Source: a virus. Taken from it: a stretch of 64,000 bases of DNA. The stretch is taken from positions 1 to 64,000 of IMG/VR virus record IMGVR_UViG_3300028840_004626. One strand, 5' to 3'. This document shows positions 16,754-25,692 of this stretch, piece by piece (position 1 is the first letter of the stretch; each line of letters opens with the position of its first letter). The notes beneath the pieces were generated by a model. The model did no database searches, was not told the origin of the DNA, and worked only from the letters and a program-made list of their open reading frames with translations. The position numbers and the translations under genes were made by a program.

Positions 16754-19039
16754 ATGGCAAAGTCGTTTAAAAATTTCATTAAGTTCGTGGATTCGGTAAG
16801 TTTTAACCCAGAGATTAAATCTGAGGTTAAAGACTATTTTGCCAATCCACAGAACAGCGCTCAGACGTTGCGTATCAGAATTGCTGCAACGCATGCGGGC
16901 AAGATTACCCGTAACAATGGGTTTTACCTACCCCATAAGATGAGATCTGGCGCAGCCTCTTTTACGGATCAGTATCCCAAGCCAATTCAGGTTCACCACG
17001 AATCTCATGAAGATCCAGTTGGTCGAGTGATTCAGGCCAGATACGTTGATCTGAGTGGTGGCTTCCGGGACTCGGTAAAGGATTCGTTCTCAGTATCTAA
17101 AGATAAGCAACTTCAGGATTTTGTTGCTGGCAATATGTCCAACGAAAAACTTATTGATTTTGCGCGAAAAACTTTTATTAACGACGAATCTATCGTTGAT
17201 GATCCCGATTATGAGGGTTTGGGTTATATTGAATTGGTTGCTGATATTTCCGATCCTGCTGCCATTCAAAAGGTATTAGACAAGCGTTATCTGACTGGTT
17301 CAGTTGGGGCTACGACTGACAGCGCTGTATGTTCTGTTTGTAAAACGGATTGGGCTGGGGATGATGGTCGTTGTGAGCATATTCCGGGAAAAGTTTACGA
17401 TAAGAAGAAGTGCGTTCTTATTGCGGGTGATCTCAGGTATGACGAGTGGTCTTTTGTGAACAAGCCCGCAGACACACATTCTTCTGTCATCGAAGTCCAT
17501 AATGGTGGCATGCAGGACTTTGTTAAAGTCGAAAAGGGTTCTCAGGGCGAAGTACCTGAAGTGAACCTCGTAATTGATACTAAGGAGGAAAAAGGTATGT
17601 TGTTTAAAGATGCATTTGCTTTGGTCTCCAAAGACGAGAGATTTCAAGGTCTCGAGAACTTGGAAGACTGCGTGAAGCAACTTCTGGACAGCCAAGAGGA
17701 CCTCAACGAAGAAAGGCTGCTTGAACTGATGTCCGAGCAGCTCACGCAGGAAGAACCTGCCAAGGACGAGGTTCAGGACGAGGCTACCGAGGATGCTTCC
17801 GAAGAATCGGCAGCTCAAGAGGGCACAGACGACACCCAGTCGGTTGAAGATGAAGATCAATCGAATGAGGACGCTTCCGATGAGGAATCAGAAGAAGATG
17901 TGCAAGATGAGGCTGGCGACCAGACTGAAGAGTCTGATGAAGAGGTTGAGGATGATGTTGAAGAGGAGGTTCAAGACGAAGAGGAAGAGGAGTCTGAAGA
18001 AGAGGATACTGATCCTGTAGCAGATTTCTTTGGCGATTCCTATCAAGAACTCATTGAGGACGATGCTTCCGGGCGCGAATATGCTGAAATGCTGTTTGGG
18101 CTTTTGGATGGCGTTGAAGATGAGGGTCGCGACGAAGTCGTTAAAATGATTAACGATGCCAAGCTCTCGTCTAAGCAGCGCAAGGCGTTGCCGAGCTCCT
18201 CGTTTAGTGGACCAGAACGCTCGTTCCCGGTTCCTGATTGTGCCCATTATACTGCTGCTTTGCGTTTGCTGGGGCGCTACAAGGGACCCGGCGACAAGTC
18301 TCGTATTCGTGCATGTATTGAGCGCAAGGGCAAGCGGCTTGGTTGTTCGGGGGCCAAGGATGAAGCGCAAGATGCCGAGCAGATTTTAGACCAATTTTCA
18401 GTTGAATACTTTGATGGGTATTCTGACGATGAATTGATTAAGATGCTAGAAGGCCTTATGGCTTGTCTAGATGAACGAAAATTAGATTGTAAGTGTCACG
18501 ATGAAGATGAAGAAAAGTCTAGATTGCAAGATCGTGTAAGCTCTCTTCAGAAGGAGATTAAGTATCTGCATGAAGACATCGACAATTTGAGCAACGTGTT
18601 GGCTGATTCCGAGAAGACTCTTAGGGGGCTTAAGGTCGAAAAGATTATTGATCTTAAGAAGTTAACCGGTGTTGAGGTAGACCCAGTTAATATCTCCGAC
18701 GAGCTACAGGATAAGTCGTCCTCTGACGTGGACGAAATCCTTAAGGATCTCACGGGTCAAGTTGACATAGATAAAATCGCTGATAAACTAAACTCTGGTT
18801 TGTCAAATAATCCTCAGGGTACCGTGGAAGATCCCACGGCCCAAGTAGACAACACGACAGAAAAAAACAGTGAAGGTAGTAAGCCAAAGTACGATCCGAA
18901 GGTAGCGGAACAAGCTTTGGCGAATTATGTGGAGCTAAGATTTAAGAAAGGTCAGCAAGTAGCAGATGCCTATCTCGCGGATTTGCAGACGCGAGGAGTC
19001 CTGCCGGTGGGCGGGAAAAAAGTTGAGGATAAATCCTAA
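16754..19039 (+). CDS. Prohead protease / scaffold fusion
   Basis: AATHAG, HEDPVGRV, RYLTGSVG (catalytic-Ser region), CSVC..CEH, EWSFVNKPAD; then a long acidic region and coiled coil; lies between portal and capsid genes. Confidence 0.8.
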   Translation: MAKSFKNFIKFVDSVSFNPEIKSEVKDYFANPQNSAQTLRIRIAATHAGKITRNNGFYLPHKMRSGAASFTDQYPKPIQVHHESHEDPVGRVIQARYVDLSGGFRDSVKDSFSVSKDKQLQDFVAGNMSNEKLIDFARKTFINDESIVDDPDYEGLGYIELVADISDPAAIQKVLDKRYLTGSVGATTDSAVCSVCKTDWAGDDGRCEHIPGKVYDKKKCVLIAGDLRYDEWSFVNKPADTHSSVIEVHNGGMQDFVKVEKGSQGEVPEVNLVIDTKEEKGMLFKDAFALVSKDERFQGLENLEDCVKQLLDSQEDLNEERLLELMSEQLTQEEPAKDEVQDEATEDASEESAAQEGTDDTQSVEDEDQSNEDASDEESEEDVQDEAGDQTEESDEEVEDDVEEEVQDEEEEESEEEDTDPVADFFGDSYQELIEDDASGREYAEMLFGLLDGVEDEGRDEVVKMINDAKLSSKQRKALPSSSFSGPERSFPVPDCAHYTAALRLLGRYKGPGDKSRIRACIERKGKRLGCSGAKDEAQDAEQILDQFSVEYFDGYSDDELIKMLEGLMACLDERKLDCKCHDEDEEKSRLQDRVSSLQKEIKYLHEDIDNLSNVLADSEKTLRGLKVEKIIDLKKLTGVEVDPVNISDELQDKSSSDVDEILKDLTGQVDIDKIADKLNSGLSNNPQGTVEDPTAQVDNTTEKNSEGSKPKYDPKVAEQALANYVELRFKKGQQVADAYLADLQTRGVLPVGGKKVEDKS
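17597..19039 (+). CDS. Putative nested in-frame scaffold protein (internal start)
   Basis: Perfect SD TAAGGAGG at 17581-17588, 8 nt before an in-frame ATG located just after the protease domain. Confidence 0.55.
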   Translation: MLFKDAFALVSKDERFQGLENLEDCVKQLLDSQEDLNEERLLELMSEQLTQEEPAKDEVQDEATEDASEESAAQEGTDDTQSVEDEDQSNEDASDEESEEDVQDEAGDQTEESDEEVEDDVEEEVQDEEEEESEEEDTDPVADFFGDSYQELIEDDASGREYAEMLFGLLDGVEDEGRDEVVKMINDAKLSSKQRKALPSSSFSGPERSFPVPDCAHYTAALRLLGRYKGPGDKSRIRACIERKGKRLGCSGAKDEAQDAEQILDQFSVEYFDGYSDDELIKMLEGLMACLDERKLDCKCHDEDEEKSRLQDRVSSLQKEIKYLHEDIDNLSNVLADSEKTLRGLKVEKIIDLKKLTGVEVDPVNISDELQDKSSSDVDEILKDLTGQVDIDKIADKLNSGLSNNPQGTVEDPTAQVDNTTEKNSEGSKPKYDPKVAEQALANYVELRFKKGQQVADAYLADLQTRGVLPVGGKKVEDKS

Positions 19040-19053
19040 GGAGGAAATTTTAC

Positions 19054-20457
19054 ATGTCTTTCAACGCTGAGAATCAATATTCTGCAAGCCACAAGGTGTG
19101 GGATCACGTAGGTAATATTATCCCTGACATTGAACATTCAGAGGGCGAACGTCCAGCTTATGAGTTTAAGCCTGCTGAATGGCTTCCGGTGCAGTTTTAC
19201 GACAAGCACTATGAAGTATGGCAGTCGGTAATGCCTGGTAAGGTTGTTGCCTTAGATCCTGATGGTCGTGTAATGCCCGCTCAGTACGGTCTTACTGGCC
19301 AAAGTGTTGTGTATGTGCAGAATGATATTGACGCTGGTGTGACCGATATTGCAACCGGTCTTGCAGTTACCACTGCGAAAACTGTTGTGCTCACGCAGCT
19401 CAACGGTACTCGTGGTAGTGCTTGGACGCGTGCAGTAGCCGGTACGGCTGGTGTAAATAATACCTCGGGCTTTATGGGTAAGCATGGTATCGCCTTTAAC
19501 GATGCCAATGAGAAATTCCCTATTGGTATAGCCCCTTATGCCTACAATCAGTGGGCTGGCGGAGATGGCAGCAATCCTGCTAATCTGCGACATCACAATC
19601 ACATCCTGCAGCATCAGGTTGCAGTTCTTTGTGACTATGTAATTAAGCTTCCGTGGGTACCTGGTCAAGCAGCTACCGAGAGTGTCTCTGGCACGTTCTC
19701 GGGTGGGTTGCCGACTTTCGGAACCTCTGGAACCTATCGGCGTAATGCGATTCAGAACAACAGTACGGGTCGTTATAACGCTAGCACGGGTAGCAATCCG
19801 GTTCTCGGAACCTATCCTGTGATCGCTTTCTGTCTGGATGAGTTTCCTGTTGCCAAGAATACGGCGCGGACAACTGTTACCATGCAGAGCTCGAATGCCA
19901 ATGATGATGTCTCTGGCATTCTGGTGAACGAGCGCACTTCTTTGTCTGCGGTAACGCAATCAGGCGATTACTATGTGGACTATGAAGTTGGCATGCTGTT
20001 CATCTTTAGTTCGAACCAGACTGTACCGACCGCCATTTCTGGCGCTGCCGGCACCGTTTCGGTTACTTACTATCACTACGCTGGTGTGCCAGGCACAGTA
20101 AGTCGTTTTGCTTCTGTTGTCAGCACGAGCGTAGACCCTGGTGACTTTTTGGTATGCACCACGAATAGTAACCTGGTTGTCGACAATACTGCCGACTTCA
20201 AAAACATTGTTGGCCAGGTTCTTGCCGTGGATGACAATTTCCCTAAAGATGCCTTGGATCAGGTTCGTACTGCGTATGATCCGGCGATTAGTTCTAATTC
20301 GGCTGGTTCGATGGCTAATGCGACCCTGGGCTCAGCGAGTGCTAATCTTGGTCAATTAGATCAAATGCCGGGTTCGGCCACTGGTGGTTATCCAGATATT
20401 CTGCATTACTCCGGTGCAGCCGATAAATTAGTATTGGTGAACCTGGTAAGTCGATAG
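19054..20457 (+). CDS. Capsid-associated / head decoration protein
   Basis: Immediately upstream of the MCP, TAAGGAGG RBS, beta-rich; VMPGKVVALD and GDFL...IVGQVL decoration-like termini. Confidence 0.65.
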   Translation: MSFNAENQYSASHKVWDHVGNIIPDIEHSEGERPAYEFKPAEWLPVQFYDKHYEVWQSVMPGKVVALDPDGRVMPAQYGLTGQSVVYVQNDIDAGVTDIATGLAVTTAKTVVLTQLNGTRGSAWTRAVAGTAGVNNTSGFMGKHGIAFNDANEKFPIGIAPYAYNQWAGGDGSNPANLRHHNHILQHQVAVLCDYVIKLPWVPGQAATESVSGTFSGGLPTFGTSGTYRRNAIQNNSTGRYNASTGSNPVLGTYPVIAFCLDEFPVAKNTARTTVTMQSSNANDDVSGILVNERTSLSAVTQSGDYYVDYEVGMLFIFSSNQTVPTAISGAAGTVSVTYYHYAGVPGTVSRFASVVSTSVDPGDFLVCTTNSNLVVDNTADFKNIVGQVLAVDDNFPKDALDQVRTAYDPAISSNSAGSMANATLGSASANLGQLDQMPGSATGGYPDILHYSGAADKLVLVNLVSR

Positions 20458-20484
20458 TCGATTTGCATAGGAGGAATACAACTA

Positions 20485-21738
20485 ATGTCTAATCAAGTCG
20501 AAATTAAAGACGCAAGCGAGTTTCGTTGCCTTTGGGAAAACAATGGCCAGACTGGCGCAGGGGAAGTTAAGCTTCAGGACGCTCTTAGCGTGCCGAACGC
20601 TCATATGCTGTTCCCCAAAGTCATCTCGAACATTGTAAAAGAAGCCCAAGAGCCACTGCTCGTAGCAACGTCTCTGCTTCAACGGATCAATTTCAGCTTT
20701 GGCCAGACCATTACCTTCCCGGCGGTTGGTGCTCTGGTAGCGGCTGATATTGCCGAAGGTCAAGAGTATCCGGAACGCAGCCTCCAAATGGGTGGAGCGA
20801 CTGTGACGGCTACCATCGGTAAGAGCGGTATTGCCGTTCGCGTTACCGACGAAATGGTACGCTATTCGCAGTTTGACGTAATCGGTATGCATCTCCGTGC
20901 AGCCGGTCGCGCTCTTGCTCGCCACAAAGAGGTTAAGTGTTTCAACTATATCCGCTCAATGGGCGTAACGGCGTTTGATAACCTCAATCCGACTAGCTCT
21001 TTGTTCGGTGTTTGCACCGGTCGCGATCTTAATGGTGCGGCTAACGGTGCCGTAACCATGGACGACATTTTTGATGCTTTTGCACAAATTGTTACCCAGG
21101 GTTATATGCCTAATACTTTGCTTATGCACCCCCTCACCTGGACCATGTTCATTAAGGACGCTCAACTGCGTGCTTTTGTACAGGCCAATGGTGGCGGCGT
21201 GTTCTTCGCAAGTTGGACTGGCAATCCTGCTGGCAAGGCTCCTTGGAGCAATAGCTCGCAGGGTGGTCTTGGTGTGGCTTCTGGTCAGACCATTACCCCG
21301 GGACAGACTTCTGCTGGAGAGACAGCTCCCAGTGGCTTGGCTGCTTCCCAATCTGGTGACTATTCTCAGGTACAAACGGGCGCTCCGGTTCTCCCGAGCT
21401 ACATGAATGTTCCTTTCCGGATCATCGTGAGCCCGTTCGTAACCTTTGACGCTCGTCGCAAGCTTACGGACATTTATATGTTCGATAGCAGCGAACTTGG
21501 CGTTCTCGTCGTAGACGAGGAAGTCATGGTTGAAGAGTTCGACGATCCCAAGGTCGACATTCGGAAAATTAAGCTAAGAGAACGTTATGGTATCGGCATT
21601 CTGAACGAAGGCCAGGCTATTGCAGTTCTGCGGAACGTACACTGCGTGCCCAACGAAATTGCACTGCCTGCTCAAGCTAGTGTTGATGTCTCTGGTTCTA
21701 TTGCTAAGATTCCGCCTGGCAATGCCTTGAGTCTGTAG
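20485..21738 (+). CDS. Major capsid protein (HK97 fold)
   Basis: IAEGQEYPE, KSGIAVRVTDEMVRYSQFDVI..HLRAAGRALAR, PNTLLMHP, KLRERYG; strong RBS; followed by a terminator. Confidence 0.92.
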   Translation: MSNQVEIKDASEFRCLWENNGQTGAGEVKLQDALSVPNAHMLFPKVISNIVKEAQEPLLVATSLLQRINFSFGQTITFPAVGALVAADIAEGQEYPERSLQMGGATVTATIGKSGIAVRVTDEMVRYSQFDVIGMHLRAAGRALARHKEVKCFNYIRSMGVTAFDNLNPTSSLFGVCTGRDLNGAANGAVTMDDIFDAFAQIVTQGYMPNTLLMHPLTWTMFIKDAQLRAFVQANGGGVFFASWTGNPAGKAPWSNSSQGGLGVASGQTITPGQTSAGETAPSGLAASQSGDYSQVQTGAPVLPSYMNVPFRIIVSPFVTFDARRKLTDIYMFDSSELGVLVVDEEVMVEEFDDPKVDIRKIKLRERYGIGILNEGQAIAVLRNVHCVPNEIALPAQASVDVSGSIAKIPPGNALSL

Positions 21739-21771
21739 TGACTGAGAGTAATCTCTAACTTAGCTTAAAGG

Positions 21772-21806
21772 GTGCCCCCGGGGACTTTCCTCGGGGGCAT
21801 TTTTTT
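21772..21806 (+). terminator. Rho-independent terminator after the MCP
   Basis: GTGCCCCCGGGGA-ctt-TCCTCGGGGGCAT hairpin followed by a T run. Confidence 0.9.
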
Positions 21807-21814
21807 GCTACACT
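21806..21814 (+). promoter_or_regulatory. Putative extended -10 promoter (TGcTACACT)
   Basis: Directly after the terminator, upstream of the AGGAG RBS; matches the recurring motif. Confidence 0.5.
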
Positions 21815-21833
21815 ATCACAAGCAGGAGAAATC

Positions 21834-22511
21834 ATGATTGTTTCCATTAGCCTCGCGGAAGATTCCGTTCCTTTCTGGTTTTTAGGAGAGCCACGCAACA
21901 TCAAGAAAACACTTAACTTTTCAGAGCCGGGTCCTGTCCAGGTGGACTTTACTCAGTTAACTAAGCTGGAACAGAAGAAAATCCTTACTGATTTAGCGGG
22001 CGAGGTCATTGAATGTGATAGAAGTTTCAATGATCTTCGACAGGTGCATCTTCATATGTTCCCAGAAGAGTCCCCGGATAATCAAAAGGCTCCGGATATT
22101 CCTGTTGCAGAGGCGCCTGAACCAAAAAAGGAAGTCGACCAAAGAGCCAAGCTTGAAGAAAGATGTGCTCTTATCTCAAAACAAGGCGTAAGGGCCATCA
22201 AGGCCGTCCTGAAGGACGAGAAGGATACTACTCTCCTAAGGCTTATCCGGCGTGCAGAAGGGCTTAGAAAGAAGCCTAGAGCGTCTGTGATATCTTTTTT
22301 GGACTCATTATTGGTTAAGCTGTCCCTTGAAAAGGCTGAGCAGATTGAGGCATCTATTGAGAATGATGATACTCCATTGCCTCGTATGCCCAGCACTAGC
22401 AGGGGGGAGACAATCAACTATGATGTGGTAGAATCAGAAAGAGAAACTGTTGCTCTTACAGCTGAGCAATTAAATCAATTCGCACTTGGCGAGCCCTTGG
22501 GTGGTGATTAA
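21834..22511 (+). CDS. Hypothetical head-completion-region protein
   Basis: AGGAG RBS; helical E..RKKPRASVISFL motif; follows the MCP. Confidence 0.65.
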   Translation: MIVSISLAEDSVPFWFLGEPRNIKKTLNFSEPGPVQVDFTQLTKLEQKKILTDLAGEVIECDRSFNDLRQVHLHMFPEESPDNQKAPDIPVAEAPEPKKEVDQRAKLEERCALISKQGVRAIKAVLKDEKDTTLLRLIRRAEGLRKKPRASVISFLDSLLVKLSLEKAEQIEASIENDDTPLPRMPSTSRGETINYDVVESERETVALTAEQLNQFALGEPLGGD

Positions 22512-22514
22512 TAG

Positions 22515-24341
22515 GTGCCAGGCTTAAATAGTATTGTCGATCTGGTACACCCAACTGTATCTGGAATTAATGTTATAACGTCCGATACAATCTGGGTGTT
22601 ATTTGATCGCGAAATTGACGAGTCAACCGTTAGTAACGGAAACTTTTTTATTACCGGTCCAGATTATGATACCTGGACTGCTACAGATACGACCCTTTTT
22701 CAAGACTCTCCCAGTACAACCGGAAGTGGCAGTGAAGATATATTAGAATCTCCAGGCTATGAAGGATTGCTGCAGGGAACAGTCACATTTACGCGCGTCG
22801 ATAACGATGATGCTTCGACGACAGTAACTGGCGTTTATGACACTACCGGTTCTGGTTTTGTATTCAGAACGAAGGCGATCTTTACTCCAGAAAATCGTCT
22901 GCAAGCCAGCACTACTTATACGGTCCATTTGTCTGGTGACGAAGATGACTCGGATGATCTTGTAACCGGCATTTCGGAACGGACAGTTTTTGACCCTATT
23001 TCTAGCGGCAATAATACAAGTGTGGGTACGGTTGAATTTGAGGGTGGGTACGTAGCTTCTTACAATGATATTTATCACCTAACCATCACAACTGCTGGTG
23101 ATGTTGGTGATTCTAGGTTTACCTTTTTCCGCGAAAGCGACCCCACTTCTGTTTTTGGTCCATTTAGAACCAAGAGGAGTGGAGTCTTACTTTCCGACGG
23201 TGTTACTGCCGTATTTGACGACGGCAACTATGCGCTCAATGATAAATGGTCAGTTGTTACCAAGGCACCTAGTATTTTTACCGGCAACATTTTTTGGCCA
23301 TTTAAAACTGGTAGCGGAAGTATTTCAACGTTACCTACAACTACATCTACAACTGTCTTGGGAGATATTCCAACTTCAGAAACAGTTGTATCACAATCGT
23401 CTAGCACTGCTTTTTCAGTAAGTTCTACTTCGCCGACTGATGGCGCGACTAATCAAAGCATTAGTGCACTCACAGATTATACGATTACAGCTACTTTTAA
23501 CGCGGCCATTGATGCAGCTACAGTTGTGAGTGGCGTTGATCTAACAGTGCGTGCAGATTATGCTACTGGCGAAGCAGAAGATGGCAACGGTGCGCTTGGC
23601 GAGCTTAATGCCTATCCATCAGTTGCAGGAAGCACACTATCAATTATTGTTGGCTCTGGTCAGATTCGGGACAACAATATTATTACGGTTACGCTTGATA
23701 GCACGATAGCGAATCAATCTGGAACAGCACTAGGAACGGATTACGAATGGTCTTTTTCAACTACTTACGATCCGTTGTACTGCACGGTGCGTCGACTTAG
23801 GCTGGCAATTGGGGCTTTTATTTCTGATGTTCCCGATGACACGTTGAACCTAGCGATCCACGTAGCCTCATTGGCTGCAGATGAATTAACCTGGAACAGC
23901 GAGAACAACGATGATAGCTATTATCAATTTGCTCGCGAGATGTGGACCTGTTGCAGGGCACAAGAGATTCTACTCACTAATACGTTGGGTGGATCTGGTT
24001 CACTCAAGTCCAAAAAGTTGGGCGATTTGCAAGTTGAATACAATACCTCAAGTGATACCAATTTCCCCCTCCAGAGAGCCCTAGATTGTCAGGCAAAGTG
24101 GGAGGGAGTCCTACTGGCCGGAGGCCAGCAGGTTCAGAAGGCCGTGGGCGTTACCAAGGGCCTTTTGGATACAGATCGACCTCCTGTTGGCAGAGGATGG
24201 TATCATTCGGCAGACAATGTTACCCACCAAGTTCCTGTTGGTAATGCTAGGGTACTATTTAACAATCACAGTAGATATCGCAAGCATTATAGGGAATCTC
24301 TGCGGACCAGTCGTGGTCGACGCGGATGGTGGGAGCGTTAA
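22515..24341 (+). CDS. Ig-like (Big_5/SbsA-type) domain protein with C-terminal head-tail adaptor-like domain
   Basis: IWVLFDREIDESTV, VSSTSPTDGATN..ITATFNAAID..YEWSFST Ig motifs; YCTVRRLR...SKKLGDLQVEY adaptor-like tail. Confidence 0.7.
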   Translation: MPGLNSIVDLVHPTVSGINVITSDTIWVLFDREIDESTVSNGNFFITGPDYDTWTATDTTLFQDSPSTTGSGSEDILESPGYEGLLQGTVTFTRVDNDDASTTVTGVYDTTGSGFVFRTKAIFTPENRLQASTTYTVHLSGDEDDSDDLVTGISERTVFDPISSGNNTSVGTVEFEGGYVASYNDIYHLTITTAGDVGDSRFTFFRESDPTSVFGPFRTKRSGVLLSDGVTAVFDDGNYALNDKWSVVTKAPSIFTGNIFWPFKTGSGSISTLPTTTSTTVLGDIPTSETVVSQSSSTAFSVSSTSPTDGATNQSISALTDYTITATFNAAIDAATVVSGVDLTVRADYATGEAEDGNGALGELNAYPSVAGSTLSIIVGSGQIRDNNIITVTLDSTIANQSGTALGTDYEWSFSTTYDPLYCTVRRLRLAIGAFISDVPDDTLNLAIHVASLAADELTWNSENNDDSYYQFAREMWTCCRAQEILLTNTLGGSGSLKSKKLGDLQVEYNTSSDTNFPLQRALDCQAKWEGVLLAGGQQVQKAVGVTKGLLDTDRPPVGRGWYHSADNVTHQVPVGNARVLFNNHSRYRKHYRESLRTSRGRRGWWER

Positions 24342-24343
24342 TC

Positions 24344-24946
24344 ATGCCCGAAGACCTATACGAAAAAACAACCGGAAACCTCAATTATTATGGTACTTCA
24401 ACTACCGGTTCTGAGCCCAATATGCGCAATGAGCTCATCAATACGCTCGATGGCTCGTTTCCAGAGGTCGCCAAGAAGCAGACTGGGTTACTGCGCCAGA
24501 TGCGCTTGGATAGCGATGGAGAGTTAATTCCCTGTGAATGTGTTGATGAAATTACCCATGAGCCCGACAAAGACCGGTTTTGTCCTGTCTGTTTTGGAGA
24601 GGGTTATATGTGGGATGAGGCTCAAATTACCTTTTACAGAACCTTGGAAGATTCTGATATTGATAACATTTTGCGCGACAAGCTCTATAAGCCGGGCTTG
24701 ATAAATCACCCACTTGTAGTATTCTATGTTAGATACAGCGATACTATTCGCAAACATGACAAGATAGTTGAGTTAGAGCTGGATGATGATGGGTCTGTTT
24801 CAGATCCAATGACACGCAGGGCCATCCACAAGATATCTGTTGTTTGGGATTATCGTTCAGATAATGGGAAACTTGAGTATTATAAAGTATTTGCGCACGA
24901 TCAGGATGTGAAGTACTTAAATGCTCCGTCATATGAGGATGTATAA
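24344..24946 (+). CDS. Neck / head-closure protein
   Basis: CECV...CPVCFGEG Zn motif; position between adaptor and tail terminator; ATG at 24344 preferred. Confidence 0.6.
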   Translation: MPEDLYEKTTGNLNYYGTSTTGSEPNMRNELINTLDGSFPEVAKKQTGLLRQMRLDSDGELIPCECVDEITHEPDKDRFCPVCFGEGYMWDEAQITFYRTLEDSDIDNILRDKLYKPGLINHPLVVFYVRYSDTIRKHDKIVELELDDDGSVSDPMTRRAIHKISVVWDYRSDNGKLEYYKVFAHDQDVKYLNAPSYEDV

Positions 24947-25674
24947 TGCCTTTCGAATCGGTGCTCAGAACAGACATCCTGTCGGAGGATCTTACAACTG
25001 ATCAGCGTAGGGTTTCAGTAGTTGCGGAACATCAATTTAAGAATATCGTTTCGCATGCAGAACGTTTTACAAGAACTACCTCGCCAGAGCCTGCCAAAAC
25101 GATTGTGGAGACTATGGCGTTAATTAAACAAGCAATTGAGGATTATGACAACCAACATCATACAACAGAAGATGCTAAAGTTGTTCTGCTGTATGAAGAG
25201 CCAGCAAAGTTAAAGCAATTAGAAGCCATTACTATCAAACTGATCAAGAGAGAGCCAGGAATGTATGGGCAAGGAAGCCCATTCGAAAACTCAACCAGAC
25301 AGTTGAAGCCTATTTTGCGTGAAGTAAAAGACGACACCGAGGAACCGGGCTATAAAAGGGCGGTCTTGGGTCAATTTTACGATAACATGCTTCGACTAAC
25401 TTGTTGGGCTCGAACAAACAAGACAGCGAACGATAGGGCGTTGTGGTTGGAGACTGTAATGGAGGACTATGCATGGTTCTTTGTGTACAGTGGGGTAAAT
25501 AGGATCTTGTACCAAGGTCGAGGTCCTGAAGAAACAATCAAGGTGGAAGACAATTATGTATATGGTCGAGCAATCGATTATTACGTTAGGACGGAGAAAT
25601 TGCGCAGTATTAGCCAAAAAGAACTTGAGGAAATCGTGGTAAGACTAGCATTGTCTGCAGGGATTTCCACTTAA
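24946..25674 (+). CDS. Neck / tail-terminator-like protein
   Basis: GQFYDNMLRLTCWARTNKTANDRALWLE; immediately upstream of the sheath. Confidence 0.55.
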   Translation: MPFESVLRTDILSEDLTTDQRRVSVVAEHQFKNIVSHAERFTRTTSPEPAKTIVETMALIKQAIEDYDNQHHTTEDAKVVLLYEEPAKLKQLEAITIKLIKREPGMYGQGSPFENSTRQLKPILREVKDDTEEPGYKRAVLGQFYDNMLRLTCWARTNKTANDRALWLETVMEDYAWFFVYSGVNRILYQGRGPEETIKVEDNYVYGRAIDYYVRTEKLRSISQKELEEIVVRLALSAGIST

Positions 25675-25692
25675 ACAAGGAGGCAACCTTAC

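Noticed and set aside
17750-18020. GAR/GAY-rich repetitive DNA as a tandem repeat or CRISPR-like array
   Set aside because: It is the coding sequence of the acidic scaffold tract; no fixed repeat-spacer period
17300-21375. Long minus-strand ORFs (17300..17860, 17888..18370, 19252..19959, 20482..20925, 20956..21375) and similar ones elsewhere such as 3879..4499 and 59068..59577
   Set aside because: They lie wholly antisense to well-supported + strand genes, lack RBS and motifs, and are explained as codon-bias shadows
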